64,000 nt of DNA from positions 27,459,821 through 27,523,820 of the forward strand of contig NC_092379.1 in the NCBI RefSeq assembly GCF_030028105.1, given 5' to 3'. Positions 1 through 13,391 of the stretch are shown here, piece after piece. This stretch comes from Mobula birostris (Eukaryota). Below the pieces are notes generated by a model. That model searched no databases. It was not told the DNA's origin and saw only the letters and a list, made by a program, of their open reading frames with translations. Every line of letters starts with the position of its first letter. Position 1 is the first letter of the stretch. Made by a program: the position numbers and the translations under genes.

Positions 1-1343
1 GCTCTTGGACAAACCACGTGAGTCTGCAATCCTCGAATTTGGCTGCGAAGATGTCGAGATGCTGGACCTGAACAACGCTGCCACTGCTCCTCTCGCGCAG
101 CCCTAGCACAGATAAGACACTGTCGCTCGAAGACCCCGCAGTGGTACTTCCTATGTCGCCCTGATGCGCATAAAAGATTACTGATGAAAAGCGCAATGTG
201 GTCTGCGTGAGGTGACCGGTGGTGGTTGCTTCAGCACCGGCTTTGTCCACTTCCTGGAAATGCCATGCGGGATAATCATAGCTTCAGCGCTGAGATCGAG
301 TGTTTTTTTTTTTTCCTTAAACGAGACCACAACGAGTCAACATGTCCAGGTCAATGAAACAAGTGTCCTCTATACCACACCTCGTGCTTCACTATGTTTT
401 CCCCACTGCGTTGCGTAGCCACCTCTTCCTTCTCATCACCGCACAGTCGGCTGTGACGGGAGATGACTGGTCCCTGTCTTGGAGGACATCCCGACAGAAG
501 ATGGTGATGGTTGACCCTGTGTCCACCAATGAATGCTATCAGATGCCTTGAACCACGCATTCCATTAATCCGACTTGTATTTCACCCAAAAGCTCCAAGC
601 GGGGAGCCAATAAAGGAGGAATTTTCTAGCGGTCTTGGCCGACGTTGGATCGACCTGAGCGGCTAAAATTGCTACAATCCCACCGACTCTGCCAGGACCA
701 CTGCCAGATATGATTGTGATGTCAGAGGAATGTGCTGCCACAGACCCTCCAGCATCGGCGTCTTCAAAAAAGAGTGGAGGGAATGCTGTTCCAGGAACGC
801 AGGAGGGCATTGTGGTAGCCAGGCCTAGCACAGAAGAGGATATCTGCTGCAAACTCCATCCACCCTCCGCCCCACCACCGGCTTCTCACAAACCTCAACC
901 CCCCACTCCGGCACGACCTCTTTACAAGCGTAACCCTCAACGTTTCCCCGATGGGCACTGATCGAAACGTTTTCCAGCGTCACACAGAAATCCCTGTAGC
1001 AACGCTGCTCATATGGCCTTAGGCTAAGAACGGCCATTGAGGGCAACCCTTCCACCTCCAAAGCAAGTTAGTGCTCCGGCTGTTACTCCCTGCGGCAAGT
1101 TAGCTTGCATCTGGTGAGGAACAGGGAAACGGATTGTATTGTATCAACGGAGATTCACGGTGGACAATGTTGAGTCCATCACTTGGACCCGTTGGTCCTA
1201 CTCTTTTTTACCATTGCGGTGGTTCTCACTGCCGCGTTGTCAGTCCGCTCATGACTCTGGCGTTGTGTGCTCTTTGTGAGAGCTGCGAAAGCTTCCGTGG
1301 ATGTTAAAGAGCACCATCCTAAGTCCTATCTCTTCAGTTTCGG
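1..1343 (-). mobile_element. Degenerate Gypsy LTR retrotransposon internal region (gag/protease/start of RT), running off the left edge
   Basis: Minus strand encodes HSLVDTGSTITIF (aspartic protease DTG motif, about 490-535) and DIFAAKFEDCRLTWFVQ (about 5-60), resembling the start of Gypsy RT; frames are broken. Confidence 0.7.
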
Positions 1344-1514
1344 ATCCCACTCGCGAAACCAATGTGGCGAACGTTGGGTATGTTAACAGACGAGAAAAAA
1401 AACGCTTTTATCTCAACTAGCGTTTTTATTGCAACAAGTACAAACAAGTCCGGACTCTATGATTCCGCAGTCATATACAGACGAAGTAGGTGATTATTGC
1501 ACACCCCCGTTACA
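1344..1514 (-). mobile_element. Short 5' LTR (1363-1514) plus PBS (1344-1361) of the Gypsy element
   Basis: Minus strand reads TGTAACGGGG...CCACA with an internal AATAAA, followed by TTGGTTTCGCGAGTGGGAT, similar to the TGGTGTCAGAAGTGGGAT PBS seen in fish Gypsy elements. Confidence 0.7.
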
Positions 1515-2929
1515 ATCAAGGAGAGACACAAACACACAAGCGATTAACAGTGCAACACAAGCGAAAATATAATACGAAATGAGCTTGAACATCTCAGTAT
1601 CATCCCACAAATGCATTTGAAAGCAACGGCAATAAATAGTGCCGTCCACTAGGAATGCTTCTGCGCCTGTCGATCAATCCCTCGGAGCGCCACAATATCA
1701 TTAGGACTGAGAATAGCCTACAACTGCCCAACTAAGCCGAATGACTAAGTAAGGATGACGACTTGCTTGATGAAATAATGAATAAGCTACAGACGGAGCA
1801 GTAAATATTCACATGATGATAACGGAAGTAAAGAAACGGGAGTCAATTAGAAGTGCAAATAGGTAGACACTTTTTTTTTGTATTGAAAAAACGGATGACC
1901 TTATTCAGCGTTATAAAATCCAGCAGTTATAATTACAATTAGATGATCACAGTCTTTTCCCAAGGATACAAATGTACACATATTAATCATAGGGCGAGGA
2001 ATGAGGGTAAGTGGGAACACAGACCGTAAGTAAGATTGGGCATGGACATCATGCTTACAAGTTTTAAATGCCGACAACTGCAACCGACGTTAATAGACGT
2101 GGCGAACTAGCCGAAGGTTTAAGTCGATGAACCGTGAATACAAAATGCTCTGTACGCGCGGGTTAGAATCACGCACTCGTCTGTAAAATTTAAAATCTCG
2201 CTGCTATTTCTCTTTAAAAAAAAACAAATCAGAATTGAGTTATACCTACGGGGATCTCAAAGTGTGGCAGATGCTGGAAGTATCGAAATGCTGAAAACTC
2301 TCATAATCACATGTAAGTTAGAGAGGAGTGCTGTGAAATATAAAGACCAAAATATTTGTTCCGAAAATATTAACTAAACTTTAAAATGTCATTCCAGCAT
2401 TTTAAATTCGAATTTAAGATATTTGGATGTCTGAAGCATACACTATTTTGCATAACGAGTTGAATATATATATATATATAAGACCTGACGTAGATGCAAG
2501 AAATTACAGAGAATGCAACTGGTATCCAATCTCTGTTCACAAAACTCAGGAAGACGAGTTGCATTTCCACGATGGGAGAAAAGGTCGGCTTTGCCAGTAA
2601 AAAAAAAGTGTTCCACGGCGGGGTTCAAGGAACCGATAGCGAAGTCAAAGTGAGATTGTGAGATGATCTGAAGATATTAGATAGAATAATGAGAGCTGAA
2701 GAACCACTGACAGTTGCATCTACTGAAGGGCTAGAATTGGAAGTTCAGGGCAGATGGAAGATCGATTAAATATGACAGATGAAGGAGAGACACATCGGGT
2801 AATAGTCAGACAGAGTGGCGTCTGAAATTGTCCGTAAGTGATGTACAGTGATAATCAGGAATCGCATTCACCAGTGAAAAGCACTTTGGTGATTATTGTG
2901 GATGACTGTAGTGACTGAAACGATTGACC

Positions 2930-4540
2930 TTATAGACATTCATAAAGAGAATGTGCTGAAGCATTTGAAAGTCACATAGTTAGATAAGTCCCCAGTATCG
3001 CAGAGATATAGCCCAGCATACTGTGGGAAGAGAGTTAAAAGATTGCTGAATCTCAGTATAATCTTTGCATCATCAATAGCGACGAGAGAAGTACCAGAGA
3101 ATTGGAAGTTTCCAAATGTTTTTCTCTTGTTCCAGAAACTAACTGAACACAACTCTGGAAATTGCTGACCAGTGAATCATACTTCAGTGGTGGGACGCTG
3201 TTGTAGAACATCCTGAGGGGCAGTATTTATCAGTATATGGAGGGAAATAATCTGATTAGCGATATTCATCACGACTTTGTCTAGGGCATGTGGTGTCTTA
3301 CAAGTCTGATTAAATTCAGGTGAAGGTAGGGGAGGTAAGTGAAGGTAGACGAAGTTAGGGGAGTGGACCCTAGTGCATATGGATATCAAGAAGACATTTG
3401 TTAAGGTTTACAAATGTAAGACTCATTCAGAAAATAGTAAGCCATGATATCCATGGAGACCTTACTTTGTGGATCCAGGATTGTCTTTTCCACTGAAGGC
3501 AAAGTGCTGTTGTGATTTTTTTTCTTGTATTCTGCAAGGAGGACGGTGACCAGTACTGTTCGGCATGCATCTGCACTGCGACTCTTCCTCGTTGTAATTT
3601 GTTTTATAAATTACCGGGATGAGGAAGTAGAAAGGTGTATTAGTAAGTGTACTGATGACAGAAAAAAAAAATGAGCGTGTTGATGATAGTCTGGATGGTT
3701 GTTAGAGATTACAATTGAATATCAAATAGCGTGCAGAACTGGGCCAAGAGTTGGCAGATGGATGTCAACCTAGATAACGGTGAAGTGGTTCAATTTTGAA
3801 GGTCGAACTTGAGGACAGAAATAATATTAATTTTACGTTTTCCAGACAGTGTTGAGGATCAGCAGCATATTGGGTTCCTTGTCCATTGGACACTCAACGC
3901 TGATGTGCAGATTGACAAGGTTGTTATGAAGGTGGACGGTGTGGTAGCTTTCATCAATAGTGTGATTGAATTCAGGAGTCATGAAGTAAATTTAAAGCTA
4001 TACAAGACCTTACTTAAACTCCAAATGGAATACTGTGTTCAGATCTGGTCAATTCACTAGAAGAAGTTTACATATACTATAGAGAGAGTGCAGAGGAAAC
4101 TTACAGGAACAGTGTCTGCTTTGGAGAAAATGACTTTTGATAATAGGTTGAGAACTCGGCTTTTTCTCCTTGGAGAGACAGCGGATGAAACTTCACCTGA
4201 TGGAGGTGTATAAGATAATAAGATACATTGACCGGGCGGATAGTCAGAGGTTTTACCCCAGGGCTGAGAGAACTAACACGAAGAGACATTGTTTTAAGTT
4301 TCTTGGCAGGAGGTACACGGGAGCTTTTGAGGGAAGCTTTTCTCATAGGGATTGGTAGCGGAATAGAATACAATTCCAGCCAGGGTGGTCGAGGTATACA
4401 CAATATACTATTTTTTTTTTCAGAGAAGATTAGAAAGATACATGGAGTTAAGAAAAATCGAGAGCTATGCGGTAGGGAAATGCTAGGGAATTTCCAGAAT
4501 AGATTACATGGTTGGCACAATATTTCGCACCGAAAGGCCC
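2930..4540 (+). mobile_element. Decayed CR1 LINE, RT and 3' part
   Basis: ORF fragments YCVQIWS and ERQRMKLHLMEVYKII; CR1-like 3' region; many stops. Confidence 0.8.
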
Positions 4541-5409
4541 ATAACGTGTTGTTGATTTATATATTCTATCATCTGTTACTGCTGCATGTGCAGAGTGAGT
4601 AATTCAGATGAAAGTTGTTGTGTTTTTTTTTAATTTTCCGCAGATATGGCTGAGCACAATTGGAGATACATTCAGTAGATACATGTAGTAAAAAAGCTAT
4701 TACATCTCGACAGAGTTTTGCTTTCTTAAGTCCATAAGACATAGCGGCAAAATTAGGTGACTTTGCGTTTCGGGACTGATCCGTCATACCACGATGGTTG
4801 GTTTATAATTCTCTCAGCTTTTTCTGCTGCCTACTCCAGGTAAACATTGTGGATATTACTAATAATTACTAATAAATAAATAAATAAACCTTTGCTTAAA
4901 TAATGGATGCACAAGGACCTGGCCTCAGAGCCGCCCGTGCCAAAGAATTCCACAGATTGATCACCATGCAGAGAAAGAAAGGCTATTTAATATATGTTCT
5001 AAATGGACGTCCATGTATTTTGAGACTGTGCCCACTATATGAAACATCCGTCTACACACACTCTCTCTGGGCTATTGAATTAAATAGAATTCCACGGTAT
5101 CCCACCTATTTTTTTCTGAACTCCAGCGATTCCGTCCCTGATCCCTCAAGTACTGCTCGTAGATTAACTGACACATTGCCGGAATCGCACTCCTGTACAT
5201 TTTCCTGAACTCCTCTAATTGCAGCTCATGCATGATTTGAAAAAAAAAAAAGATCTAACATTGCTCACATAACTCCAGGTACGGTCTGACAGAAGCCTTA
5301 TGAAGTATCGTCCTTCCGAAATGTTTGCTAATATAGCATTTGTTTTCCCCAATGCAGACTCAATCCTTTTGTTTTCTCTCTGCAGTATAACGAGAATGTT
5401 CACATTTCT

Positions 5410-5600
5410 GCAGACACAGCGAAGAGTGTTTGGAATAATGGCATCACCAACTGGCAGGGAGGCACCAATTTACAGGATGCGAAAAAGATGGAGAGACCTG
5501 TTGACACAGGCAACTACATTATGGATATGGTGGTGGCAGTTAATCGTGTTATTCCTATGCCACACATTAGTCAATCCCACATGGGAGCTGCTCACATACT
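5410..5600 (+). mobile_element. Rex1/Babar LINE fragment
   Basis: Translates GITNWQGGTNLQDAKKMERPVDT, matching the Rex C-terminal CITxWYG..RKKLQRVV motif. Confidence 0.5.
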
Positions 5601-6119
5601 GCACAGGCATTTCTATGAATAATAGTCATTTGCGTGTCCTATGTGCTGGTGACCTGGTGAACGTGCAACTACGCCTAACGACAAACACAACATGGTGTTA
5701 GAACTGAATGATCATCGATGAATCAGAAAAAGTGGGATACCCAACGAGGATATACAGTTTGTTCCTGTACATCTATTTCTATGAAAAATATGCACAATCG
5801 GGTTTGAGCTGAATAAACCCCATTTTTTTTTAATTCCCGCCTTCAAGTTACATCAAAAAGTGGAACATTGTTATAATCTGTGTGCACTAGTCTGGAAGAG
5901 TGCACACAGACACAGAAACAGCGGGGAAGACAGAGATGTGAGACGAACCGCCGGGAAGAAAAACAAAAAAGACTTGTAGTCTAAATAAACAAAATAATAT
6001 ACACATAACCAAACAAAAATACTTCGCAGGAAGGCAAAATGTAATATACAGGAAGACAACGTTCAACTCCAGCAAACAAGGACCAGATTAGGGTGTAAAT
6101 AAATTCATCATCGATCTGT

Positions 6120-7270
6120 ATGTCCTATGAGACAGCTGTGCAGAGATAAATCTGGGGGATGAGCTCACTGGAGACAGAACTGTTGTCGGGCTGCTGGGCA
6201 CCAGCTTGTCAGAGACACTTATAATGCAGGTGAAATTTTCACCAGGTAATTCTATTACCGTGGCCAGGCAGAGTGAGAACTATCGTTAGGAACTTGCAGA
6301 ACACTGGCAGGAAAAAGATGCTGAGGTAAAGCTAGAAGCTGCCGAAAATAATAAGTACCAGGCTCGTGCAGTCAGAAATTCTGCAGAAGATGACAGTAGA
6401 GCGCAGCTCAAAAAAAAAAAAAAAAAACATGTGAATCAAAGAGTATTTAAAATGATATCATTAGGAGAAGGGACAGTAATTCATTCTGCGTCAAAAGCTC
6501 TGTTCAGAGAATAAAATGCATCTCCAGCCAAGTCATTGATTTGTCAACTATAGAAGGGAGCGTCACTCAAAAACAGTTGTTTAGACTGTCAAGAAAGCCC
6601 ATGATTCAGACGAATAGAGAATTTTCTTCGAGACTCAGACTCAAATAGACAATGTGGTGCACTAGGGTTAGTTGCATAAAGGGCCAGTGACGTTCAAAAT
6701 GGACGCTGGGACTGATATCACATCCATCCCCGACATGTTACTCACAGACTGGCAAGGAATACTGGCATTGCGCTCAGCCCAACAATGATAGTCCTCATGG
6801 GTCGAGGGAAAAATGTCACCTCTGTGTGAAAGCCATGTTCACTACTTCCAGATCTGAAAATGAGAGAAAAAAAACAAACAAAAATAGGAAGATTATCTTA
6901 TTCAGAACCTCTTCCAAAAACTACAGAGAATCCATGCCATCGAGAACCTGAATCTATTCGCAAGGAGTGATTCGCTACTGAAAGTGCAGTGACAAGAAAA
7001 GCGCCCGGTGTGGTTAACAGGCATGGGGGTATTGAAGGAAGGCCATCTTAACTACGTTACGCCAGGTATAACGCCCTAATTTCTGACCATAGCGAGGTGC
7101 ATACCAGCCGTATTGATGAACTAATTTAATTTTGAACTTGTGATAATTGATTAGCTTGACGTCATCTTTCGAGTGAATGAACCGACTGATTGGTATACGG
7201 GCGTTGTTCCCTTTCCAAAACCAGGTAATATAGTGAGGATCTATGCAGGTTAACCAAATCTGTGAAATGT
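6120..7270 (+). mobile_element. Highly decayed Gypsy gag-pol fragment
   Basis: LTGDRTVVG (gag RDRIVVG-like), FKMDAGTDITSIP (protease FKLDTGAD-like) and VPKPG..VRI (RT) occur in the expected order. Confidence 0.55.
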
Positions 7271-7949
7271 AGCTTCGATTTAATTCTCGACAACTACAGT
7301 ATATTTAGTTTGCCTATTTTGATAATATGCTGAAGTGTAGGAACTGTAGTTGTGAGTTGTTGTGCTGAACTCCTGCATATCTGCCGCAGTGTGGGTCCTA
7401 TGACATGGCTATATCGTGGTTTCCTGAACGTGGTCCGGTTATGTCTATCTTCCAAATATGTACCGATTAGCGTGAGTAAATCATAGCAATGGGAAGATGG
7501 CACGGGAAATTTGAAGAGTCTTGTAGGTGTCTCAGGATAATTTTCGTTTATTTGATTTGACTCAAGTGATGCAATTCCATGCATATTGAATTCGGTCGAT
7601 GTATATAGGTAAATAATGTTATGTTTGGGCATGTGTGTGGTTATTTATCATCTAACGGTGTGTCTGCCTACCCATCTGCTTTTCTTTTTTTGGTTCTCTT
7701 GTTCGGTTGGAAGATAGCTGCAATAATCAGCGCGAATAGCCCTTTGATAAGAATATCCCTCATAGTTATCGCAATTAGTGACGCAAGACTCCATCTCAAC
7801 CCCCCCCCCCTCAGTAACGCAGCTATGCCTACTCCGTCTCTTTTATTCTCTCTCAATCTTCTCAATATAACATTTTCTCTGTATGTACAGAGTTAACCCA
7901 TCTTCTCGTGCCATTCGGTTAATGGCAGGTTCTCGTGGCATAAAAATAA

Positions 7950-7972
7950 AAGAGTGTGACGCTCCTTCCTAG
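7950..7972 (+). promoter_or_regulatory. Candidate V1 promoter element (CRE half-site plus ETS)
   Basis: GAGTGTGACGCTCCTTCCT about 210 bp upstream of the V1 ATG; TGACG and CTTCCT motifs; a similar CTCCTTCC core lies upstream of V2 and V3. Confidence 0.35.
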
Positions 7973-8169
7973 AGGTACATGGACCTTGTCACATCTGGGG
8001 AAATGGGCGGAGCATGTATAGAGGCCACGTTCCCATTGGGTGCTTTCCATTTCCTGTCCATTATATCAAATGCACCGCCTAGTTAACCAGAGAAACAGAA
8101 CTTCTTGAAGCTTGGCGAAAACTTGTTGAGTAGAAAATCACTAAACCCATACTTTATTAAAAAAAAAAG

Positions 8170-8629
8170 ATGTGGAGGATCGTCATCTGGATTGTGTGTG
8201 GAGCCTGGTTAACTGGTTTGTGAGCAGAAAACAATTCATGAGCCTTCTGGAAACTAAATACTGATAAACAAAAAAAAAAAAAACGTCAACATAACATTTG
8301 ATTTTTTCCCATTATTTTTTAGATACGAGTCATGGAAACTCTGCCATTCAGACAATGGAACCGACAGTGAAAACAGAAGAGGAGACTGTGACGTTGAACT
8401 GCAACTATGATACTACATGGAACAACTATTATTTATATTGGTACCGAGAAAGACCAGAGCAAAGTCTCGAGTACATACTGCACAAATATTCTGGTGGATC
8501 TGAAGATAAAGCCGATTTTGCCAAAAAGCGCTTCACCGCCCATCTGGAAAAGGCAAGAAAGTTCATTAGTGTCACCATCTCAAATCTGCAAATAAGCGAC
8601 TCTGCAGTTTATTACTGCGCCCTAAGCCC
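8170..8629 (+). CDS. TRDV: T-cell receptor V segment V1 (delta-like), intact; leader exon 8170-8215, intron 8216-8322, V exon 8323-8629
   Basis: Spliced product MWRIVIWIVCGAWLT-DTSHGNSAIQ...TVTLNCNYDTTWNNYYLYWYRERPEQSLEYIL...ADFAKKRFTA...DSAVYYCALSP; Cys, Trp and YYC hallmarks; GT..AG phase-1 intron; RSS directly after. Delta versus alpha assignment is inferred from motifs. Confidence 0.93.
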
Positions 8630-8668
8630 CACAGTGATGTATTCCAGTTAAATACTCGTACACAAATT
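8630..8668 (+). other. 23-RSS of V1
   Basis: CACAGTG, 23-nt spacer, ACACAAATT (6/9 to ACAAAAACC). Confidence 0.93.
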
Positions 8669-9263
8669 CACTTACTTTCGAACAGAAGCTTTGAGCGTTG
8701 CAGCTGCGTATATTTGTACACATCTTTTCTGTTTGTGGTTTCCCGCCACCAAGAGTACCTGTTCACGTTTCCCATGCATTTGTCTGAGAAGATTGATCTG
8801 TGGTATAACCACACGGCTCTTCCCAATGACTCAATGAGATTTATAGTGCCTCCTATCTCACCTCCTTTGTGAAGTATGCATTACATGGCAAGTCAAATAT
8901 GGGCGATGAAATTCAAACCGGAAAATCAATCGTCAGTGTCTGTGTGTGCGTGTATGTGTGCGCAGTAAGAGAAAGTGCAACACTCTGTAAATACGGATAC
9001 TTGTTTTGGACCGTATGGAAATAGAGACAAATCTGGTGGAGGTTTTTCTTGCAGACAATCCGCTGATCTTTTGGTTCGGAAATGAGTGACAATCTGGGTC
9101 TATAGATCTCTCTCTCTGTCTCTGTCTCTCAGAACTCTTTATCTCTCTCCCCCCTCTGTCTTTCTCACTTACTCCTCTCCCGCTACTAGCCCATTAATCT
9201 CTGTCTCGCTTCAGCAGGTTCGATATTTACAGCCGCCAATCTCACGTAACTTTCGTCCAAACA

Positions 9264-9267
<4 letters not shown>

Positions 9268-9304
<37 letters not shown>

Positions 9305-9354
9305 TCCCTCTCTCTCTTCCTCTCTCTTGCTCTCTCTCTCCCTCTCTCTCTCTC
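9268..9354. repeat. (CT)n microsatellite
   Basis: Long imperfect CT run; a shorter CT-rich tract lies at about 9108-9180. Confidence 0.95.
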
Positions 9355-9929
9355 TTTTCCACTCCCACCCTCCTGCCCGTGAGAATGAATGTAACAGACT
9401 TCCGATATGTAGAGTATTAGCGCCGTTTGCACCTCGGTAATGGGGATATTCTTAAGGCGAGTTCCAAAGCGTGGTGGTAATTGAGATGCTGCCAGCTCCA
9501 TTTTCGTTGGTTTGATTTTATATGTATGTAATTCTGCATTTAGTTGATCTGTATTTTTTTCTCCCTATGTTAGCGGTACATTTACGGATATTATGTTTTA
9601 CTTACACAAATTCTTGATGACCATGCTAGCTGACGATGAAAATAAATTCAAGGAATGAATCAGAATAACTAACGTCACAAAAAATAACAACAGGTGTTAT
9701 TTCTTTGTCTCTTCAGTCAACCATGGTCATCAGATGCATTCAACATAATCGCCCTCCAATATCTAATCAATTAGTTAGAACGCAGAGAACTAAATGTACA
9801 ATGAACTGTCCATTTCCTTAGAGACTCCAATAAGATCCGATTAGCCACAATGTCACCACAGTGCCATTTGCTCATTCCACTGTTTCTTTTTTCTTCTTTT
9901 ATATTTATGACTGTGAAAGTAACTACAAC

Positions 9930-10560
9930 AACGATGCCATATTCAGGTTTGCTCATGATAGCACTGTTGTTGGTCGGAACAAAGGCGGTAATGAAATAGT
10001 GAATAGGAGAGAGATTGAAATTCTTGGTGGATGCTGCCTCAAACGCAACCTATCCCTCAACTTCAGCAAAACGATAGATCTGATTATTGACTGCAGAAGA
10101 TATATATATTTTTTTTGTCTTTCACAACAGGAAGATGAAATGTGGTGTACACGATACACTCCTCGTTGGGCACTCAAAGTGGGGAGTACACTGGGGAAGT
10201 TCAATATGTGTTTATTCTTCTGTGTTACCTTGTACAGATGCATGCTGGAGATTATAGTAACGTTTGTTATCATGTCCTGCTATGGAATGACAAATGTCCG
10301 TGAATAAAAGTATCTACAAAATATGTGGACCATCCCGGTGCACCACATTTGAAAGTCCTTCCCATCGTTGGGCACATGCACCAGCAGCCCTATCAGAAGA
10401 AAGATGCATACGTCATGAAGAACCAGCATCATCAAAACCCTGACTTCTCCTCGCTACTGCTGTTCGAAAGGATATGATGAAGGATCTTAGTTCCCAGTCT
10501 ACCAGTTTCAAGAATAGTTATTACCCAGCAACTATCAGGCTGCTGTATCAGACATCGGTC
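9930..10560 (+). mobile_element. Rex1/Babar LINE 3' fragment
   Basis: FRFAHDSTVVGR...NRREIEILGGCCLKRNLSLNFSKTIDLIIDCRR corresponds to the KFADDT...NNLSLNVSKTKELIVDFRR region. Confidence 0.8.
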
Positions 10561-10956
10561 GCCGCAAAAAAAGCTTTCATGATTGATTCTAGAAGACATT
10601 GCCTCGATTTAAATGTTTCTAAAATCTCATAGTCACAATATAATTTCTTAGGTGTTTCCCAATTAATATTCTGTGTTACTTTATACATTTACACATTGTT
10701 TTGTCTTTGCTCATTGTTTGTATACGTCTTTGCTTTGAAGTAGATTCTTATTGCCTCAATTGTGATAATTTGTAGTAATTGGAAATGCTCGCAAGATAAC
10801 AAATTTCAAGATAATATATGGCGACAGGTATGTACCTTGATAAGATTTTCTGTGTACTTTCAAATTTGAGTCGGAAGTTATTCCCTGTAGCTGTGGCATA
10901 AAATAAAAATATGCTCCTAGTACGTCCAACAGCATACAATAAAGAATCTTAATTTA

Positions 10957-10988
<32 letters not shown>

Positions 10989-11544
10989 GTCGATCGAGGT
11001 ACATCGATCAAGGGACCGATTTAGAACATTCTTTAACACTTGGAAGGCAGGAATTTATGTCACTTTGAACGCCCCGCAATTGTTAATCATTTTTGTTCTA
11101 CTACCGTTGGATCAAGGTCACGTGACATATAAAGCAGGTACAATAGAAAGATAACGTTGAACTTTGTTCACCGTATTGGGAAAGCACAAAAAAGAAACAA
11201 TAATCAAAGGTTTAAAAAGTTTGAAGGGTGCATTTATTGTCAGAGCAATGTATACAATGTACATCCTGACAGTATTTTTCCTGGGAACCATCCACGAAAG
11301 CAGAGGAGTACGCCAAAGAAGAATAACAGTTACATGTTACAACCCTAGAACCCCACATCAGCAACCCCCCCCCCCACCCCAATGCGTCAGGACGGACAAG
11401 GTAATCATCAATGCTCAATAATTAGCAGATACGAAATGTGTCTGTCAAAGGTAACTTTATTATTATACATAATTAATAAGTAATACACCGAGGATGCTGA
11501 TAATAAGCTGCTGACGAAATAAAATCATAGACACATAAAACATC

Positions 11545-13372
11545 TAGATCACAACACACGGCCGTCGGCCCACAATACTTGCCGAATTTGCACTTAACTT
11601 AGAACCACCTCGGCTTACCCATAGCTTTTTATTTTTATGCTCCATTTATCCGTCCAGGAGTATCTTAAGAAGAGGTTATATTTTCCCATGCACCACCGCC
11701 GCTGGCAGACCATTCCACGCACTCATCACTCTCTGCGAAAAAAAAAACTTACCTCTGACATCTCCTCTGTACCTACTTCCAAGCACCTTAGAACTACGCC
11801 CTTTTGTTCCCGCCATTTCAGCCCTGAGCAAAAGCCTCTGACTATCCATACGATCAATGCTTATAGTCTTTTTGTGCACCTCTATCAGGTCACCTCTCAT
11901 CCTCCGTCGCTCCAAGGAGAAATAAACTAGTCAATCTAGTCTCACAAAGCATGCTCCCAATCCAGGCAACATCGTTGTAGATCTCCATTGCGCCATTTCT
12001 ATGGTTTCCACGTCCTTCCTGTAGTGAGGCAAACATAATTGAGTACAGTACTCCAATTGGGGTCTGACCAGAGTCCTAAATAGCTGCAATATTATCTCTC
12101 AGTTCCTAAACTCAATCCCAAGATTGATGATGGTTAATACCCCGTTTGCCTTCTTAACCACAGAGTCAAACTGCGTAGCAGCTTTGGGGGCCCTCAGGAC
12201 TCTGACCCCCAGAATTCCGCTCTCCATCGCACGGCGAAGAGTCTTGCCGTTAATGCTATATTTTGCCATCATATTTGACCCAGCAAACCGAACCACCTCA
12301 CACTGATTTGGGTTGAAATCCATCCACCACTTCTCAGCCGAGTTTGCATCCTATAAATGTCCCGCTGTAACCACTGACAGACCTCCACACTATCCACAAC
12401 ACCACAGTCTTTGTGTCATCAGTAAATTCACTAACCCATTCCTCATCTTTTTCACCCAGCTCATTTATAAAAACTTACAAAGAGGAGGGACACCAGTGGT
12501 CACCGGCCTCCGTGCAGAACATGACTCGTTTACAACCACTCTTTGCCTTCGTGGGCAAGCCAATCCTGAATCCACAAAGCAATGTCCACCCTAGACCCAT
12601 GCATCCTTACTTTTTCAATAAGTCGTGCTTGGGGTAACTTATCAATCGTCTTGCTCAAATCTATATACGCTACATCACCGGCTCTACCCACATCAATGTG
12701 TATAGTCACATCCTCAACAAATTCAATCAGGCTCGTAAGGCACGATCTCCCTTGGACAAAGTCATGCTGAATATTCCTAATCATATTATGCCTCTCCAAA
12801 TGTTCATAAATCCTGGCTCTCAGGATCTTCTCCATCAACTTACCAACCTCTGAAGTAAGACTCACAGGTCTGTAATTTTCGGGGCTACCACTAATCACTG
12901 TCTTGAATAAGGGAACAACATCAACAACTCTCCAATCCTCCGGAAACTCTTCCGTCCTCATTGATGATGCAAATATCATCCCCAGACGCTCCGTATTCTC
13001 CTCCCTTGCATTCCAGTGTAGCCTGGGATAGTCCTGTCCGGTCCCGTGAGTTATCGAACTTGATGCTCTCCAAAAGTTCCGGCACATGCTACTCCTTAAT
13101 ATCTACATGCTCAAGCTTATCGGTCCGCTGCAAGTCACCCCTACAATCGCTAAATTCCATTTCTCTAGTGAATATTGAAGAAAAACATTCATTAAGTGTT
13201 TCTGCCATCTTCTCTGGTTCCATACAAACTACTCCACTGTCACATTTGTTTGGTCCTATTCTCTCACATCTTATCCGCTTGCTCTTCTGATTCTTGTAGA
13301 ATGCCCTGGGGTTTTCCTGAATCCTGCCCACCAAAGCCTTCTCATGGCCTCTTCGGGGCTTTCTTAAATACA
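11545..13372 (-). mobile_element. CR1 LINE, RT through 3' end
   Basis: ORF 12530-13087 PEDWRVVDVVPLFK...NYRPVSLTSEVGKLMEKIL...FVQGRSCLTSLIEF; ERRRMRGDLIEVHK near the 3' end. Confidence 0.92.
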
Positions 13373-13391
13373 TTGTATTTTCATTTTCACT

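Noticed and set aside
9086-9501. Leu/Ser and Glu/Arg repeat ORFs
   Set aside because: Translations of the (CT)n microsatellite.
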